Under the pieces are notes generated by a model. It did no database searches, was not told the origin of the DNA, and saw only the letters and a list, made by a program, of their open reading frames with translations. A stretch of DNA of 64,000 bases, from positions 2,016,001-2,080,000 of the forward strand of contig CBDANF010000003.1 in assembly GCA_965197475.1 (NCBI GenBank), read 5' to 3'. Numbering within the stretch: the stretch's first letter is position 1; every line of letters begins with the position of its first letter. Shown in pieces: positions 1 through 10,237 of this stretch. This DNA comes from Candidatus Poribacteria bacterium. Its GTDB lineage: Bacteria > Poribacteria > WGA-4E > WGA-3G. The position numbers were made by a program, and so were the translations under genes.

Positions 1-1140
1 TTTGGCCTCGGGGTTGGACCTGGCGATGAGGTTATCTGTCCTACCTATACATGGATGGGGTCTATAACGCCTGCTTTAATGTTGATGGCAAGACCTGTCT
101 TTTGTGAAGTTGATCCCACAACATTGCTCATTGATGTAGATGATGTTCGGCAGCGCATTACGACGCGGACAAAAGCGATTGTCGCAGTACATCTGTGGGG
201 TAACGTGTGCGATATGGATGCGTTGATGACACTCAGCAAGGAGACTGGTATTCCTGTGATAGAAGATTGCTCACACGCGCATGGTGCTTCTTACAAAGAG
301 AAACCGTGTGGCAGTATCGGACAAGTGGGAGCATGGAGTATGCAGGGGAGCAAAGCAGTGTGTGCGGGAGAAGGCGGGATGCTTGCCACTAATGGTGCCA
401 CGGTTTTCGAACGTGCTTGTTTATTAGGTCAAGTCAATCGTGCCATCAGTAGTATAGGAGACCCTGTGTTGGATCCGGATGTTCTTAATTACACACATTT
501 GCCACCTATGGGGTTAGGTGTAAAATATCGCGCGCATCCGTTAGCAATTGGCATCGCCACTGTACAGTTAGAGAAATTAGATGAACTCAACGCAAACCGT
601 CGCGCGTATATTCAGGAAATCACAAACGGATTGCAGGATATTCCGGGGGTATGCTCTGTTGCGCGATATGCGGGAGCGGAGCCTGCAGGATTCTTTGGAT
701 TTCCTATCCACTACATTGAAGAAGAGATGCATGGGCTTCCGGCACCAGCGTTTGCTGAGGTTTTAAGGAAAGAAGGTGTTTTAGCAAATAACAATCCCTA
801 CCCGCTCATCGTCGGTGACGGGGTGCCTGTTTTTTCAGGGAGTTTACCAACGAATAGTAATCCGTATCCACTACTGCATACGCTTCCGCTCTTTACAAAA
901 GGGCTTGATATTTTTACAAATGGACGTGGTTCTCTCTGTACATCTGAGATGGAGGGAGATTTTGAAGGATATGCCGCAGGGGACCTACCAATTACTGAGA
1001 AAGCTTGTTCGCAGTTGATATTTTTACCACTTTTAACGGAGCCGGTCCCAGAGGCAGCTGAACGGATACTTACGGCAATACGCAAGATTTCTAATCACGC
1101 TGAACTTTTAGCCAATACCCTAAAAAATAGAGTGGTATAG
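1..1140 (+). CDS. DegT/DnrJ/EryC1/StrS family PLP-dependent aminotransferase (5'-truncated by window edge)
   Basis: Frame is open from base 1 (FGLGVGPGDEVICPTYTW). Family motifs VHLWG, IEDCSHAHGA and SMQGSKAVCAGEGG (PLP lysine). Confidence 0.9.
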   Translation, partial: FGLGVGPGDEVICPTYTWMGSITPALMLMARPVFCEVDPTTLLIDVDDVRQRITTRTKAIVAVHLWGNVCDMDALMTLSKETGIPVIEDCSHAHGASYKEKPCGSIGQVGAWSMQGSKAVCAGEGGMLATNGATVFERACLLGQVNRAISSIGDPVLDPDVLNYTHLPPMGLGVKYRAHPLAIGIATVQLEKLDELNANRRAYIQEITNGLQDIPGVCSVARYAGAEPAGFFGFPIHYIEEEMHGLPAPAFAEVLRKEGVLANNNPYPLIVGDGVPVFSGSLPTNSNPYPLLHTLPLFTKGLDIFTNGRGSLCTSEMEGDFEGYAAGDLPITEKACSQLIFLPLLTEPVPEAAERILTAIRKISNHAELLANTLKNRVV

Positions 1141-1189
1141 AATCGTTCAAGAGTTACGATTTCTTTACGTCATACGAAACTACGAAAAC

Positions 1190-2218
1190 ATGAACTTGTA
1201 CCGTTTTGGTAATCCGGACTTCCTCTTTTTCCTATGGGTCGGGTTGCCGCTTTTAATTCTGTTGCTTCTGTTTGGATTGCGAATGAAGCGTAAAGCGATG
1301 CTGCAATTCCAAAGCAGTGTGAATGCAACGTATCTGATACGACATAAAGTCCAAGCGGTGTTGTTGATGTTGGGTTATTTTCTCATGACCATCGGGATGG
1401 CACGTCCACAGTGGGGTGCTAAACCTGAAACAGTCGCTGAAAGACTTGATGTGATGCTTGCACTGGATATTTCTACCAGCATGCTTGCAACAGACGGCAA
1501 CTCTGCCCGAAGGCTAAATCAGGCTAAAGAAACCATGTTCTCTTTGTTGGAACAGCTTGAAGGTGATCGTGTCGGTTTACTCTACTTTGCCGAAGCGAGT
1601 ATCGTGGCATGTCCTTTGACGAGCGATGTTAGTACGCTCAGAGAATTCTTAGCAGCAATGACCCCCGAAACACTTGTCCATAGAGGCACCCGTATCAGCA
1701 ATGCGATAGAGATAGCAATTGATCGGTTTATTTCAAATCAAAGCGAGTTGACAACAGATGCCGATTCCAAAGCACAAAAAGTGCTAATTCTTTTTTCGGA
1801 CGGTGAGGATCATGGGCAAGATGCCATTGCGGCAGCAAAAGCAGCAAAAAGGGAGGGTGTGTATATCTATTGTGTCGGTGTTGGCTCTTCCGACAAATCT
1901 GTTCCGATACCACTTGCTGTTGAAAGCCCGGGATACAAGCGGGATGTCAGTGGAGAACTAGTCTTAACGGCTTTAGATGCGGAACGTTTGCGCGAAATTG
2001 CTAAAGCGGGAAATGGGAACTATTACCATGCAAACGCAGGTATTGCACAATTAATGACTGACCTATCACGACTTGAAAAGCAGAAATATAGGATTCGTTC
2101 TGATGGCGAATATCAGGAACGTTTCCAGTGGTTTGTAGGGTTGGTACTAATTCTCCTGGTAACAGAATTGCTGTCTGAGAAATGGATAAACAAAAAGGAG
2201 GGTAGAAGAGACTTCTGA
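1190..2218 (+). CDS. VWA-domain membrane protein, BatB-like
   Basis: N-terminal TM helices, ARPQWG, MIDAS-like DISTSM, LFSDGEDHG, C-terminal YQERFQWF plus TM helix. Confidence 0.85.
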   Translation: MNLYRFGNPDFLFFLWVGLPLLILLLLFGLRMKRKAMLQFQSSVNATYLIRHKVQAVLLMLGYFLMTIGMARPQWGAKPETVAERLDVMLALDISTSMLATDGNSARRLNQAKETMFSLLEQLEGDRVGLLYFAEASIVACPLTSDVSTLREFLAAMTPETLVHRGTRISNAIEIAIDRFISNQSELTTDADSKAQKVLILFSDGEDHGQDAIAAAKAAKREGVYIYCVGVGSSDKSVPIPLAVESPGYKRDVSGELVLTALDAERLREIAKAGNGNYYHANAGIAQLMTDLSRLEKQKYRIRSDGEYQERFQWFVGLVLILLVTELLSEKWINKKEGRRDF

Positions 2219-2250
2219 GGCATGATCTCTTGATTCAATTTTAATGTAAC

Positions 2251-3303
2251 TTATGATTTCTTGAAAATCAACCCCGCTGGACGATAGCGCATCAACAAGA
2301 CTAAAATAATACCAAAGATTAGATAACGTGCCCCAGATAAATCAGGTAACTCGGGGGGCAATTGCCGAATAACCACACGTAAGACTTCACTTAAGGCTCC
2401 TATGATAACTGCACCTATTATTGAACCTTTAATGCTCCCTTTACCGCCCAAGATAACCATGCAGAGAATGAGGATGGACTCCCAGAATTCAAACGTTCGT
2501 GCACTAAGGTTTGCCCAAAACTGTGCTAAGAACGCACCGCCAAGTGCACCGACAGCTGCACTGGTAGCAAAAGCAAGCGATTTGTATTGACTGACATTGA
2601 TCCCCATAGATGCTGCTGCTTGCTCATCTTCACGGATAGCAATCCATGCCCTTCCCACACGAGAATGTTGTAACCGATAAGAAACAAATATAACCATACC
2701 AAGCAAGACAATAATATGATAATAGTGTTGCCAATTTTGATTGAGTTCCATTCCAAAAATGGAAGCTCGGGGAATACTTTGCACAAATCCATTGATGTCT
2801 CTAATCAACCAGATTTCATTTTTGACAATACGAAATAGCACCTCCGCAAATCCAAAAGTAACAATAGCAAAATAGTCGCCAGTAAGTCGTAATGTAGGCG
2901 CACCCCGAATTAATCCCCAAAGAGCACCGTTGAGGGTAGCTAACGGTAATACCAACCAGTAACTAAACCCGAGATGTTTCATCAAGAGTCCGGCAGTGTA
3001 TCCACCAACGAGATAAAACGCAACATATCCGAGATCAAGCAATCCTGTATATCCACAAACGATATTTAATCCAACTGCAAGGAGTATGTAGACGCAGACC
3101 TGAACAGAGATGTAGACTATATAATCTCCAGCCGGAATAGGGAGGTGGATATTCCAATTAGAAAAAAAATTGGCTATAGCGTCTATGCCGTAAGTGAGTA
3201 ACGGAAAAAAGCAGATCAGAAGACAGAAAACTATGTTTTTCGGTGTTAACTCACTTTGCAACCAAGGAATTACGTTTTTGGGTGTTAATTTATCTTGCAT
3301 CAT
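2251..3303 (-). CDS. livM: Branched-chain amino acid ABC transporter permease
   Basis: GLLDLGYVAFY, LRLTGDYFAIVTFGFAE and GRAWIAIREDEQAA motifs; follows livH. Confidence 0.9.
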   Translation of the reverse strand: MMQDKLTPKNVIPWLQSELTPKNIVFCLLICFFPLLTYGIDAIANFFSNWNIHLPIPAGDYIVYISVQVCVYILLAVGLNIVCGYTGLLDLGYVAFYLVGGYTAGLLMKHLGFSYWLVLPLATLNGALWGLIRGAPTLRLTGDYFAIVTFGFAEVLFRIVKNEIWLIRDINGFVQSIPRASIFGMELNQNWQHYYHIIVLLGMVIFVSYRLQHSRVGRAWIAIREDEQAAASMGINVSQYKSLAFATSAAVGALGGAFLAQFWANLSARTFEFWESILILCMVILGGKGSIKGSIIGAVIIGALSEVLRVVIRQLPPELPDLSGARYLIFGIILVLLMRYRPAGLIFKKS

Positions 3304-3349
3304 ACTCTATACCTTAAACCAGTACCGATATATTAAGATAACTCCAATT

Positions 3350-4381
3350 TTATGCCCGATGGGCAGAGGATTTTCCAAACAGTCCTGTAGGACGGATCAA
3401 AATGACTATAATCATAACAATATAGGAAATAGCAACTCGATACCCAGAACCATAACTATTGGAAATACTTCCCGCTTCATACATTTCACCAAGCCCAATG
3501 TTATGACAAACAAACTCAATCACCGGATCTATATATCCCGCTCCAAAGACTTCTGCCATACCCATGAGGAGCCCTCCGACCATTGCACCAGTGATATTTC
3601 CAATTCCCCCGAGGACTGCAGCGGCAAACGCTGCGACACCTTTATGGAATCCCATCAACGGTCCAATATTTTCACGAACACCTACCATCACACCAGCAAC
3701 TGCGCCTAAGGCAGAACCGATAGCAAACGTTATTGCAATGACTTGATTAGTTTTGACACCCATCAAATTGGCAGCAACTCGATTTTGAGCGCATGCCCGC
3801 ATTGCTTTGCCTATCTTTGTTAAGGAGACTAACCGGTTTAAGGCAATCATTAAAACAAGTGCAAGGAGAAAAATAGAAAGGTCAAGGTACGCTAAAGAAA
3901 TATTCTCGGAGAATTTTATTGCGGTTTCAGTGAACGTTGCCCCTAAAAAGGAGAAGATCGGTTGAGGTTCGACTAATGGTGAAACCTGTCGGAAGTAGGA
4001 TGGTAGAGACTCATCTAAAAAAGTTTGTGGTTTCGCTCCCCAGATAATCCTGACAAGATTTTGCAATCCGATCGAGACACCGATCGCTGTAATTAATGCT
4101 GATAGTCGCGGTGCCTCACGGAGAGGTCGGTAGGCGACCATATCCATCAACATTCCTATTCCAGCACAGAGAAGCATACTAACGAGTATAGCAGCCCAAA
4201 GTGGTACAGGAAGAAACATGACCAAGGTGAAGGCAAAGTAAGCACCCAACATGAAAATCTCACCATGGGCAAAGTTAATCAATTGGATGATTCCATAAAC
4301 CATGGTATAACCGACAGCAATAAGGGCATAAATCCCACCAAGGACCAAGCCATTAATCAATTGCTGTAAAAATTGATCCAT
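3350..4381 (-). CDS. livH: Branched-chain amino acid ABC transporter permease
   Basis: QQLINGLVLGGIYALIAVGYTMVYGIIQLINFAHGE is the typical LivH N-terminus. Confidence 0.93.
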   Translation of the reverse strand: MDQFLQQLINGLVLGGIYALIAVGYTMVYGIIQLINFAHGEIFMLGAYFAFTLVMFLPVPLWAAILVSMLLCAGIGMLMDMVAYRPLREAPRLSALITAIGVSIGLQNLVRIIWGAKPQTFLDESLPSYFRQVSPLVEPQPIFSFLGATFTETAIKFSENISLAYLDLSIFLLALVLMIALNRLVSLTKIGKAMRACAQNRVAANLMGVKTNQVIAITFAIGSALGAVAGVMVGVRENIGPLMGFHKGVAAFAAAVLGGIGNITGAMVGGLLMGMAEVFGAGYIDPVIEFVCHNIGLGEMYEAGSISNSYGSGYRVAISYIVMIIVILIRPTGLFGKSSAHRA

Positions 4382-4481
4382 AATTCAAATTCCTCATGTT
4401 GTCGAATTAAAACAATTTATGGAAACAGTTCTTTCAAATTTGTCTACCATATTTTAAACACAGCGAAACCGGAACACGAAA

Positions 4482-5699
4482 TTATTCATGAGATCCTAAG
4501 TTAGTCATTTGTTGAGGAGCTGTTGTAAATTTACCATCTTTAACTATTTTGACGTAGGCAGGTTTATTGACAGTGTCACCATTTATATCAAAATAGGTTA
4601 ATCCGGTAATGCCTTTGTACCCCTCTTCTGGTGTATCCAATGATGCCAAATAATCACGGATAGCTTTTCGATTTATGTCGAATGCAGACTCTTTCTGATA
4701 CGTTTTTTCAATTGCTTCAGCAATCATGCCCAACGCATCATAAGTTAACGCTGCCCATGTATCAGGTGAAACACCGAACTCTGCCTCAAATGCTGCAGCG
4801 ACCTTGGATGCTTCTTCTCCACCTGCTCCAAATGTAAATGGTGTAGTCAAATAAGTTCCGTCTGCGGCGGCACCTGCATTTTTCAGGAAATCAGGGGAAT
4901 CCACACCATCGGCACCAAAAAATTGCGCCTTGATTCCAATCTTCCTCGCTTGTCTTACAATTAAGGCTGCTTCGCCATAAAGACCAGAAATAAAAATTAC
5001 GTCAGGTTTTTTTCCTTTAATACTGGTGAGCTGTGCCGTAAAATCCGTATTTTCACGATCATAAGATACTGAAGTCACAACCTTGAGTCCTATTTTTTTC
5101 GCTTCTTCAACGAATGCATCTCTAAGGCCTCTACCGTAGTCATCGTTGTCAAAGAGTACCCCAACGGATTGAAACTGGGTTAAGACATTCTTAATATATC
5201 TTGCGATGAATTGACCTTGAAAATCGTCTCTATACAAATTTCGAAACGTCCAGTCGCTACCTTCACATACACTGACATTTGTGGAACCGGGTGACAATTC
5301 AACGATTCCATTATCTTTGTATATATCTTTTCCAGCTAAAGAACATGAACTATTAAAATGCCCAACAACAGCAAGAATCCGTTTGTCAGTCGCAAAACTT
5401 GTAGCAACAAGTTTTGCTTCTTTGTCGGTGCCAGCATCATCTCCAAAAGAAAGGACAAGTTTCATGCCGTTGATGCCCCCCACTTCATTTATCTGTTTTG
5501 CTTTTAGTTGAGCACCTTTTTTAATCATTTCCCCGAATGCCGCAGCAGTGCCTGTAAAAGGTCCTGCAACAGCAACTTTTAACTCTTGCTGTGCTTCCTG
5601 CGTATTATCCTGTATTTCTTCAGTTTTCTTGTCTGGCGGTTGGCATCCCCATACGGATAGAAGTCCCACTACCAGCAACCCTACGAGCCAATTTCTCAT
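4482..5699 (-). CDS. Branched-chain amino acid ABC transporter substrate-binding lipoprotein (LivJ/LivK family)
   Basis: Lipobox-like SVWGC; AGPFTG, VVGHFNSSCS and DFTAQLTSIK motifs. Confidence 0.9.
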   Translation of the reverse strand: MRNWLVGLLVVGLLSVWGCQPPDKKTEEIQDNTQEAQQELKVAVAGPFTGTAAAFGEMIKKGAQLKAKQINEVGGINGMKLVLSFGDDAGTDKEAKLVATSFATDKRILAVVGHFNSSCSLAGKDIYKDNGIVELSPGSTNVSVCEGSDWTFRNLYRDDFQGQFIARYIKNVLTQFQSVGVLFDNDDYGRGLRDAFVEEAKKIGLKVVTSVSYDRENTDFTAQLTSIKGKKPDVIFISGLYGEAALIVRQARKIGIKAQFFGADGVDSPDFLKNAGAAADGTYLTTPFTFGAGGEEASKVAAAFEAEFGVSPDTWAALTYDALGMIAEAIEKTYQKESAFDINRKAIRDYLASLDTPEEGYKGITGLTYFDINGDTVNKPAYVKIVKDGKFTTAPQQMTNLGSHE

Positions 5700-5713
5700 T
5701 TGCCTATACTCCC

Positions 5714-6517
5714 TTATTCTACAGCAGATTTCTCTGCAACGACTTGCCTAAAGTCAAATTTAAATTCCAATTTTTCCTGCTTGTCATCTGAGTGGACTAC
5801 GCGAACTTCGGACACGACAATCCTCATATCTGTCGTATCAAGGTTAAGTCGATCAAAGATTAAGAGGCCACGCCGCTTAGCACCTCGGAACAACTTTCCA
5901 CTTTCAAATAGACTCTCCGCAACGACTGCTTTTCCTTCCTCCAATGCTGCAATATCCAAGTAGGTTTGGCTATATGGATAATGGTTACGATAGAGAGGAT
6001 GGTAATGCGGATATGTTCTTGTGGGTACAGTATTCTGCTCAGAACGAGTCACGTTGTCGTAGAGGTCTTCAAAGTAATCGTAAGGAAGGTTTGCATATTG
6101 CGCACCGTTCCGATCAATAAGCATTGCTGACTCCTCAACCAAAACCCGTGGGGTATCAAGGTTGTGAACAGTCATTTCAAAAACTGTATAGATAGGTTCA
6201 ACATTACCATCTCTTCCTACAATCAGATAAGGATTAATGCGCGGATCATCAGTAAGTGCAAAAATCTCTACCTCATCAAGCGGTTCAATGGTAACAGCAA
6301 CCCCTTTTTGTTGAATGGTAACAGCACCTGTTTCAGAATCCACTTTGGCGTTTGTGTGTCCTTCAACCGGTTCGATATAGACTTCAACTAACGGTTGGGG
6401 TACTACCGCACATCCAGCCAATAATCCTCCGACTAAAATCAGTATGCCGCAGCGTAAGAATATTGTTTGCATGTTGCTCAGAATTTGATACGTCATGAAC
6501 TTTGGCCTCCTTTTCAA
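5714..6517 (-). CDS. Hypothetical lipoprotein
   Basis: 267-aa ORF with hydrophobic signal and LLAGC lipobox; tightly packed between co-oriented genes. True start may be slightly downstream. Confidence 0.7.
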   Translation of the reverse strand: MKRRPKFMTYQILSNMQTIFLRCGILILVGGLLAGCAVVPQPLVEVYIEPVEGHTNAKVDSETGAVTIQQKGVAVTIEPLDEVEIFALTDDPRINPYLIVGRDGNVEPIYTVFEMTVHNLDTPRVLVEESAMLIDRNGAQYANLPYDYFEDLYDNVTRSEQNTVPTRTYPHYHPLYRNHYPYSQTYLDIAALEEGKAVVAESLFESGKLFRGAKRRGLLIFDRLNLDTTDMRIVVSEVRVVHSDDKQEKLEFKFDFRQVVAEKSAVE

Positions 6518-6536
6518 CGTGATTTCTAATTATATT

Positions 6537-7796
6537 TTACACAATGCGAGTTTTTTTGTCAACGTTTTTATCAGTTTTCTCTAACTTTTGATAATATGAT
6601 GTCAAATTCAAGACAAGTCCGCTCCAAATGCATGATACTATCATAGCTACAATTGAGAACGCTGCACCCGGAATTGTTATTACAACCAGACGTATCAATT
6701 CAATCATACCAGCACTTCCCCCTTTTGCAAAACGGTATCCAAAAGAATCGATAATCTGTTTAGCACGGTATCTTTCATCATAAGAGAGCGGCATATAGAA
6801 CAATTCTTTGGCACCACGAAATAGTGAATAGTCAAGTGCTTTAAACGTTAGAAAGGCTCTTGCACCAGTGCGAAGCGATGGTTTTAGAGTTAGAATAAGA
6901 CCATTGAGCAGATGAACTATTGGTATACTGATATGAATAATTTTCAAAGAGACGAATCGGAGTGCAATCGGCACAACAATCAGTTGCATAATTGCTGATA
7001 TTGCCCCAAGCATCGCATAAAAGTTACCGAAATACGCTGTTCTGGTATCTGTAACAGGAATCTCCGTTTCCACCAGACCTTTGAATCGAAGTTCAAGGAC
7101 AGTTGAGATGACTTGAGTACTTAGAATCAGCAGACCTATGAATACCAAATATTTAGAACTAAAAAACGTTTTCAGACCTAAGTGTCCACGTCGTCCGCCT
7201 TCTTCAGCAACAGTCGGTTGCGGTTCTCCAGCAAGGGTGTAAGCGATAATGCCAAAAATCGCTGCTGGTATGAGGGAGCCAGCAGTGAATAAAAGTAGTT
7301 TTTCTGAACCTAAAGTTTCTGCCCATCTTGCAACAAGCATCCCTCCCACAACGGAGCCAACTGAGGCAATCGCACAAAAAGGCCCATTAATGATTTTCGC
7401 TTGTTTAGAGGTAAGAGTGCTGTTTACGAAAGACCAAAATTGTTCAATGATGATTACAATGTACGCTTCACGAAAAACATAAATTATAGCAGCAGCGAAA
7501 TCTATTTCCCTCGAAAGTGCTATATAGCACCCTAAGATCAAAGCTCCTGATAGAACGGAGGTAATCGCTAAGGTGCGTGTTGCACCTATCCACGAAAGCA
7601 AACGTCCATAAATGTAGAGAATCAGAAGGACACTTGGTGGGACAGCCACCATAGCGCGTGGAAGATTCTCCGCTGTGTATACCTCAATGAATAGGGAATC
7701 TGAAACAGCGCGGATAAATTCATAACCACACAAGAGGAAACTCGCAGCAGCAGAGATTGAAAGCGTAGCAAAAAGGATACGTCTTGGAAACATCAA
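6537..7796 (-). CDS. Npt/TLC (ATP:ADP antiporter-like) family nucleotide transporter
   Basis: Multi-TM protein with QFWSFVNS..QAKI and KELFYMPL..RYRAKQIIDSFGYRFAK motifs typical of NTT-like proteins. Confidence 0.75.
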   Translation of the reverse strand: MMFPRRILFATLSISAAASFLLCGYEFIRAVSDSLFIEVYTAENLPRAMVAVPPSVLLILYIYGRLLSWIGATRTLAITSVLSGALILGCYIALSREIDFAAAIIYVFREAYIVIIIEQFWSFVNSTLTSKQAKIINGPFCAIASVGSVVGGMLVARWAETLGSEKLLLFTAGSLIPAAIFGIIAYTLAGEPQPTVAEEGGRRGHLGLKTFFSSKYLVFIGLLILSTQVISTVLELRFKGLVETEIPVTDTRTAYFGNFYAMLGAISAIMQLIVVPIALRFVSLKIIHISIPIVHLLNGLILTLKPSLRTGARAFLTFKALDYSLFRGAKELFYMPLSYDERYRAKQIIDSFGYRFAKGGSAGMIELIRLVVITIPGAAFSIVAMIVSCIWSGLVLNLTSYYQKLEKTDKNVDKKTRIV

Positions 7797-7878
7797 CGAA
7801 CTCTAAGAAGTAGCAGAAATACTTCGGGTATTGTTTTTCTATGTTTAGGCTTGTAGAAACTCATGTTTTTCATCGCTA

Positions 7879-8700
7879 TTACGGGAGGGTATCCTCAGTG
7901 GGACGCGGGTTGTGAACCCAATGCCCACTCGGATCGCTACCTCTCGCGATAATTGCCCGTTGGTTCCAATTGTTCGCAGCATGGACTTCTGGTGGGACAA
8001 ATCGCATTGTCAAACCGCATCGTCTCCGATTAGAGGTGTTCGGTTCCGAACCGTGTAACAGCAGATCAGAATGTAGCGAAAGCTGCCCCGCTTTCATTTC
8101 AAATGGCATAGGCGCATCACCAAACTCTTCAGGCTCAAGAACTGTCTGGCTAAGCACGTTCTTTTCTTCAGCTGTACTCCGTTCAAACGCTATTTGCCCG
8201 TGCAGATGGGATTTGGGAATAACAGCCATCGCACCGTTTTCAACCGATGCGTCATCAATCGCGAGCCAAACAGTGACAGTTTTACTCGGAGAGAGAGGCC
8301 AGTATGAGGCATCCTGATGCCAACTTACTTGTTTTGCTTCACCAGGAAGTTTGCAAAAGTAATGTGTTCCCCAACAGATAAGATTTTCACCAAGCAGGTC
8401 TTGGACATAGTCCAATATTTTATCTTCAGTAATCAGGTCATGAATGCCTGGACAACATGTATGCCATCCGTTAATGGAATAACTGTTTCCACCTTCTGCC
8501 AGAACTTTTTCCATGAGGTGATTGAAGTACTCGCGATGTTGAGAGATTTCTGCTTCGGAAAACACGTCTAATGGGCAGATAAACCCTTTTTCATTAAAGT
8601 GTTGAATTTGTGCGGGTGTTAACGTAGATGGATTTTCGTTTTCAACCGGAAAAAACTGTAGTTCGCGCTTGAGGTCCGGCATTGCATCTGTAATAGCCAT
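7879..8700 (-). CDS. Phytanoyl-CoA dioxygenase (PhyH) family Fe(II)/2-oxoglutarate dioxygenase
   Basis: WHQD, TVWLAIDDA..ENG and LHGSEPNTSNRRR motifs. Confidence 0.9.
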   Translation of the reverse strand: MAITDAMPDLKRELQFFPVENENPSTLTPAQIQHFNEKGFICPLDVFSEAEISQHREYFNHLMEKVLAEGGNSYSINGWHTCCPGIHDLITEDKILDYVQDLLGENLICWGTHYFCKLPGEAKQVSWHQDASYWPLSPSKTVTVWLAIDDASVENGAMAVIPKSHLHGQIAFERSTAEEKNVLSQTVLEPEEFGDAPMPFEMKAGQLSLHSDLLLHGSEPNTSNRRRCGLTMRFVPPEVHAANNWNQRAIIARGSDPSGHWVHNPRPTEDTLP

Positions 8701-8740
8701 TGAAAAGTCCTTTCTCCTATACAGGCGAAGAATATCCTCT

Positions 8741-8855
8741 TATACCATTTCTCAAAAATAACTTCTCTTAAAAAAATAGACAGTTCGTAGTCGCGCAATT
8801 CATTGCGCCTCTTACATTTTTTCAAAAGAGAAAATAATTTATAGAATTGGTATTA
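8741..8855. mobile_element. MITE-like element with GTAG-type REP hairpin (family 1)
   Basis: Imperfect terminal inverted repeats TATACCATTTCT / AGAATTGGTATTA. Core GTAGTCGCGCAATTCATTGCGCCTCTTAC (8787-8815) recurs inverted at 53208-53238. Confidence 0.65.
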
Positions 8856-9318
8856 CTTCTCGCTGTTTCAGATAAACCAACCCTATATTATAGTGTGGTT
8901 CCGCTGTCATCGGGGCTAACTGTAACGCTTTCTCATAGGCATCAAGCGCAGCTTTGTATTGTTTGAGTTCTGAGTGCGTTATTCCGAGGGAATTGTAGAA
9001 AACAGCAGAATCTGGGTTGAGTGTGATGGCTTCTTTGTATTCCGATATTGCCTTTTCGAACGCCTCTCACGCGTAGTAAACTGATGCTTTCTGATAATGC
9101 ACCTTAGCAAGCCAGTTAACTTCTGCATCCGCTTGCCTCGCGCGAATTGATTCATCAAAAGCTTTAAGTGCCTTCTGATACCGACCCTCTTCCAAGTATT
9201 TTATACCGTGTTGGTAGTACTCGTTGGCACGGTTAGCAAAAGCGATGTTTCCTAAAGCACTAAAGAGAATGAGTATCGTTACGTATCTTAACATTTGAAG
9301 GATAAGATTTACGTTCAT
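8839..9318 (-). pseudogene. Secreted TPR-repeat protein with in-frame TGA, 3' end running into the MITE-like element
   Basis: After TGA (9067-9069) the same frame reads EAFEKAISEYKEAITLNPDSAVFYNSLGITHSELKQYKAALDAYEKALQLAPMTAEPHYNIGLVY (TPR repeats) and stops inside the repeat. Confidence 0.8.
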
Positions 9319-9331
9319 AATTAAATAAAAT

Positions 9332-9353
9332 AGGGCAGAGTTGTCTCTGCCCT
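9332..9353 (-). terminator. Intrinsic terminator after the LamG gene
   Basis: Perfect 9-bp stem AGGGCAGAG-ttgt-CTCTGCCCT followed by a T-rich tract on the minus strand. Confidence 0.65.
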
Positions 9354-9366
9354 TGTAAAATCACAC

Positions 9367-10145
9367 TTATCTGCGGCGGTCTGCCTTAATGACAGCCCAT
9401 GTCGTAGCCAGTTTCTCTGCGGGTTCTACCGGTGCAAATTCACCATTTTTAATTGTGTTGATCTCACCTTCGGTAAGGATTCGATTAAAGAGATACACCT
9501 CGTCAATAGTACCTGTGAAAAATTCTAGACCGTGGTGTCTTGCACCGACCATAATTGAACCGTCAATCTCAGCAACCATTCCCGGTTTTCCACCACCGCC
9601 AACTTTTTCGCCATCGTAGTAAAAGATAAGCTCAGAGCCAGTGTCATGTGTAACCGCAAGATGCACCCAATCTTGAGGTTGATCAACGTTGGAAACACCT
9701 CTTTGTCCCCATCCACCACTGTTAGTAAAGACAAAGGTCTTCGTTTGGTCTCTATTAAAAATGACAGCCCATTTAAGTGAGCCACCAGCAACCATGTAGT
9801 TCCATGTTGCAACTTGCGTATTCCCACGTTTAACCCAAAATACCACTGAAAACTGCTCTCTTAGCTGCAAGGTATCGTTGATAGGCACCATCACATATTG
9901 CCCTTTTGTGCCATCAAATTCAAGTGCCTTGCCGCCAAATTGTCCATCAACCCATGATGGATTACTGATGAGTTCTCCATCATGCCCGTAAGTAGAGCTA
10001 TCTTCGGCAGTACCACCTTTTCCTTCATCAAAGGATAGGTATAACACGAGGGATTATCGTCTAAACCTGCGTCCGATGTTGAAGTAACGATGAACAGTGT
10101 CAATATTGTAACTAATACCGTTGTGAATTTTATCCATTTAAACAC
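9367..10145 (-). pseudogene. Secreted LamG-like jellyroll protein, frameshifted near 10055 (possibly a sequencing error)
   Basis: AAGGAGGA RBS plus GTG at 10145 and a signal peptide in one frame; LVLYLSFDEG...WVHLAVT...FTGTIDEV...PVEPAEKLATTWAVIK in another. One added A restores DDKSLVLY. Confidence 0.8.
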
Positions 10146-10237
10146 AGCCGAATCCTCCTTAACAGGTTTAATTATGCTTAACAAATAACGTTTCCATAAT
10201 CTATTTGAACACATGATAACACGTAACCACAAATTGT

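Noticed and set aside
3232-3290. LTPKN repeated at the LivM N-terminus
   Set aside because: Short diverged duplication in a variable N-terminal extension.
3194-3709. 171-aa plus-strand ORF
   Set aside because: Antisense to livH and livM, with no recognisable features.
9067-9069. Selenocysteine or alternative genetic code at the TPR TGA
   Set aside because: Not a redox Cys position, and TGA terminates other genes in this window (e.g. at 2218 and 34899).
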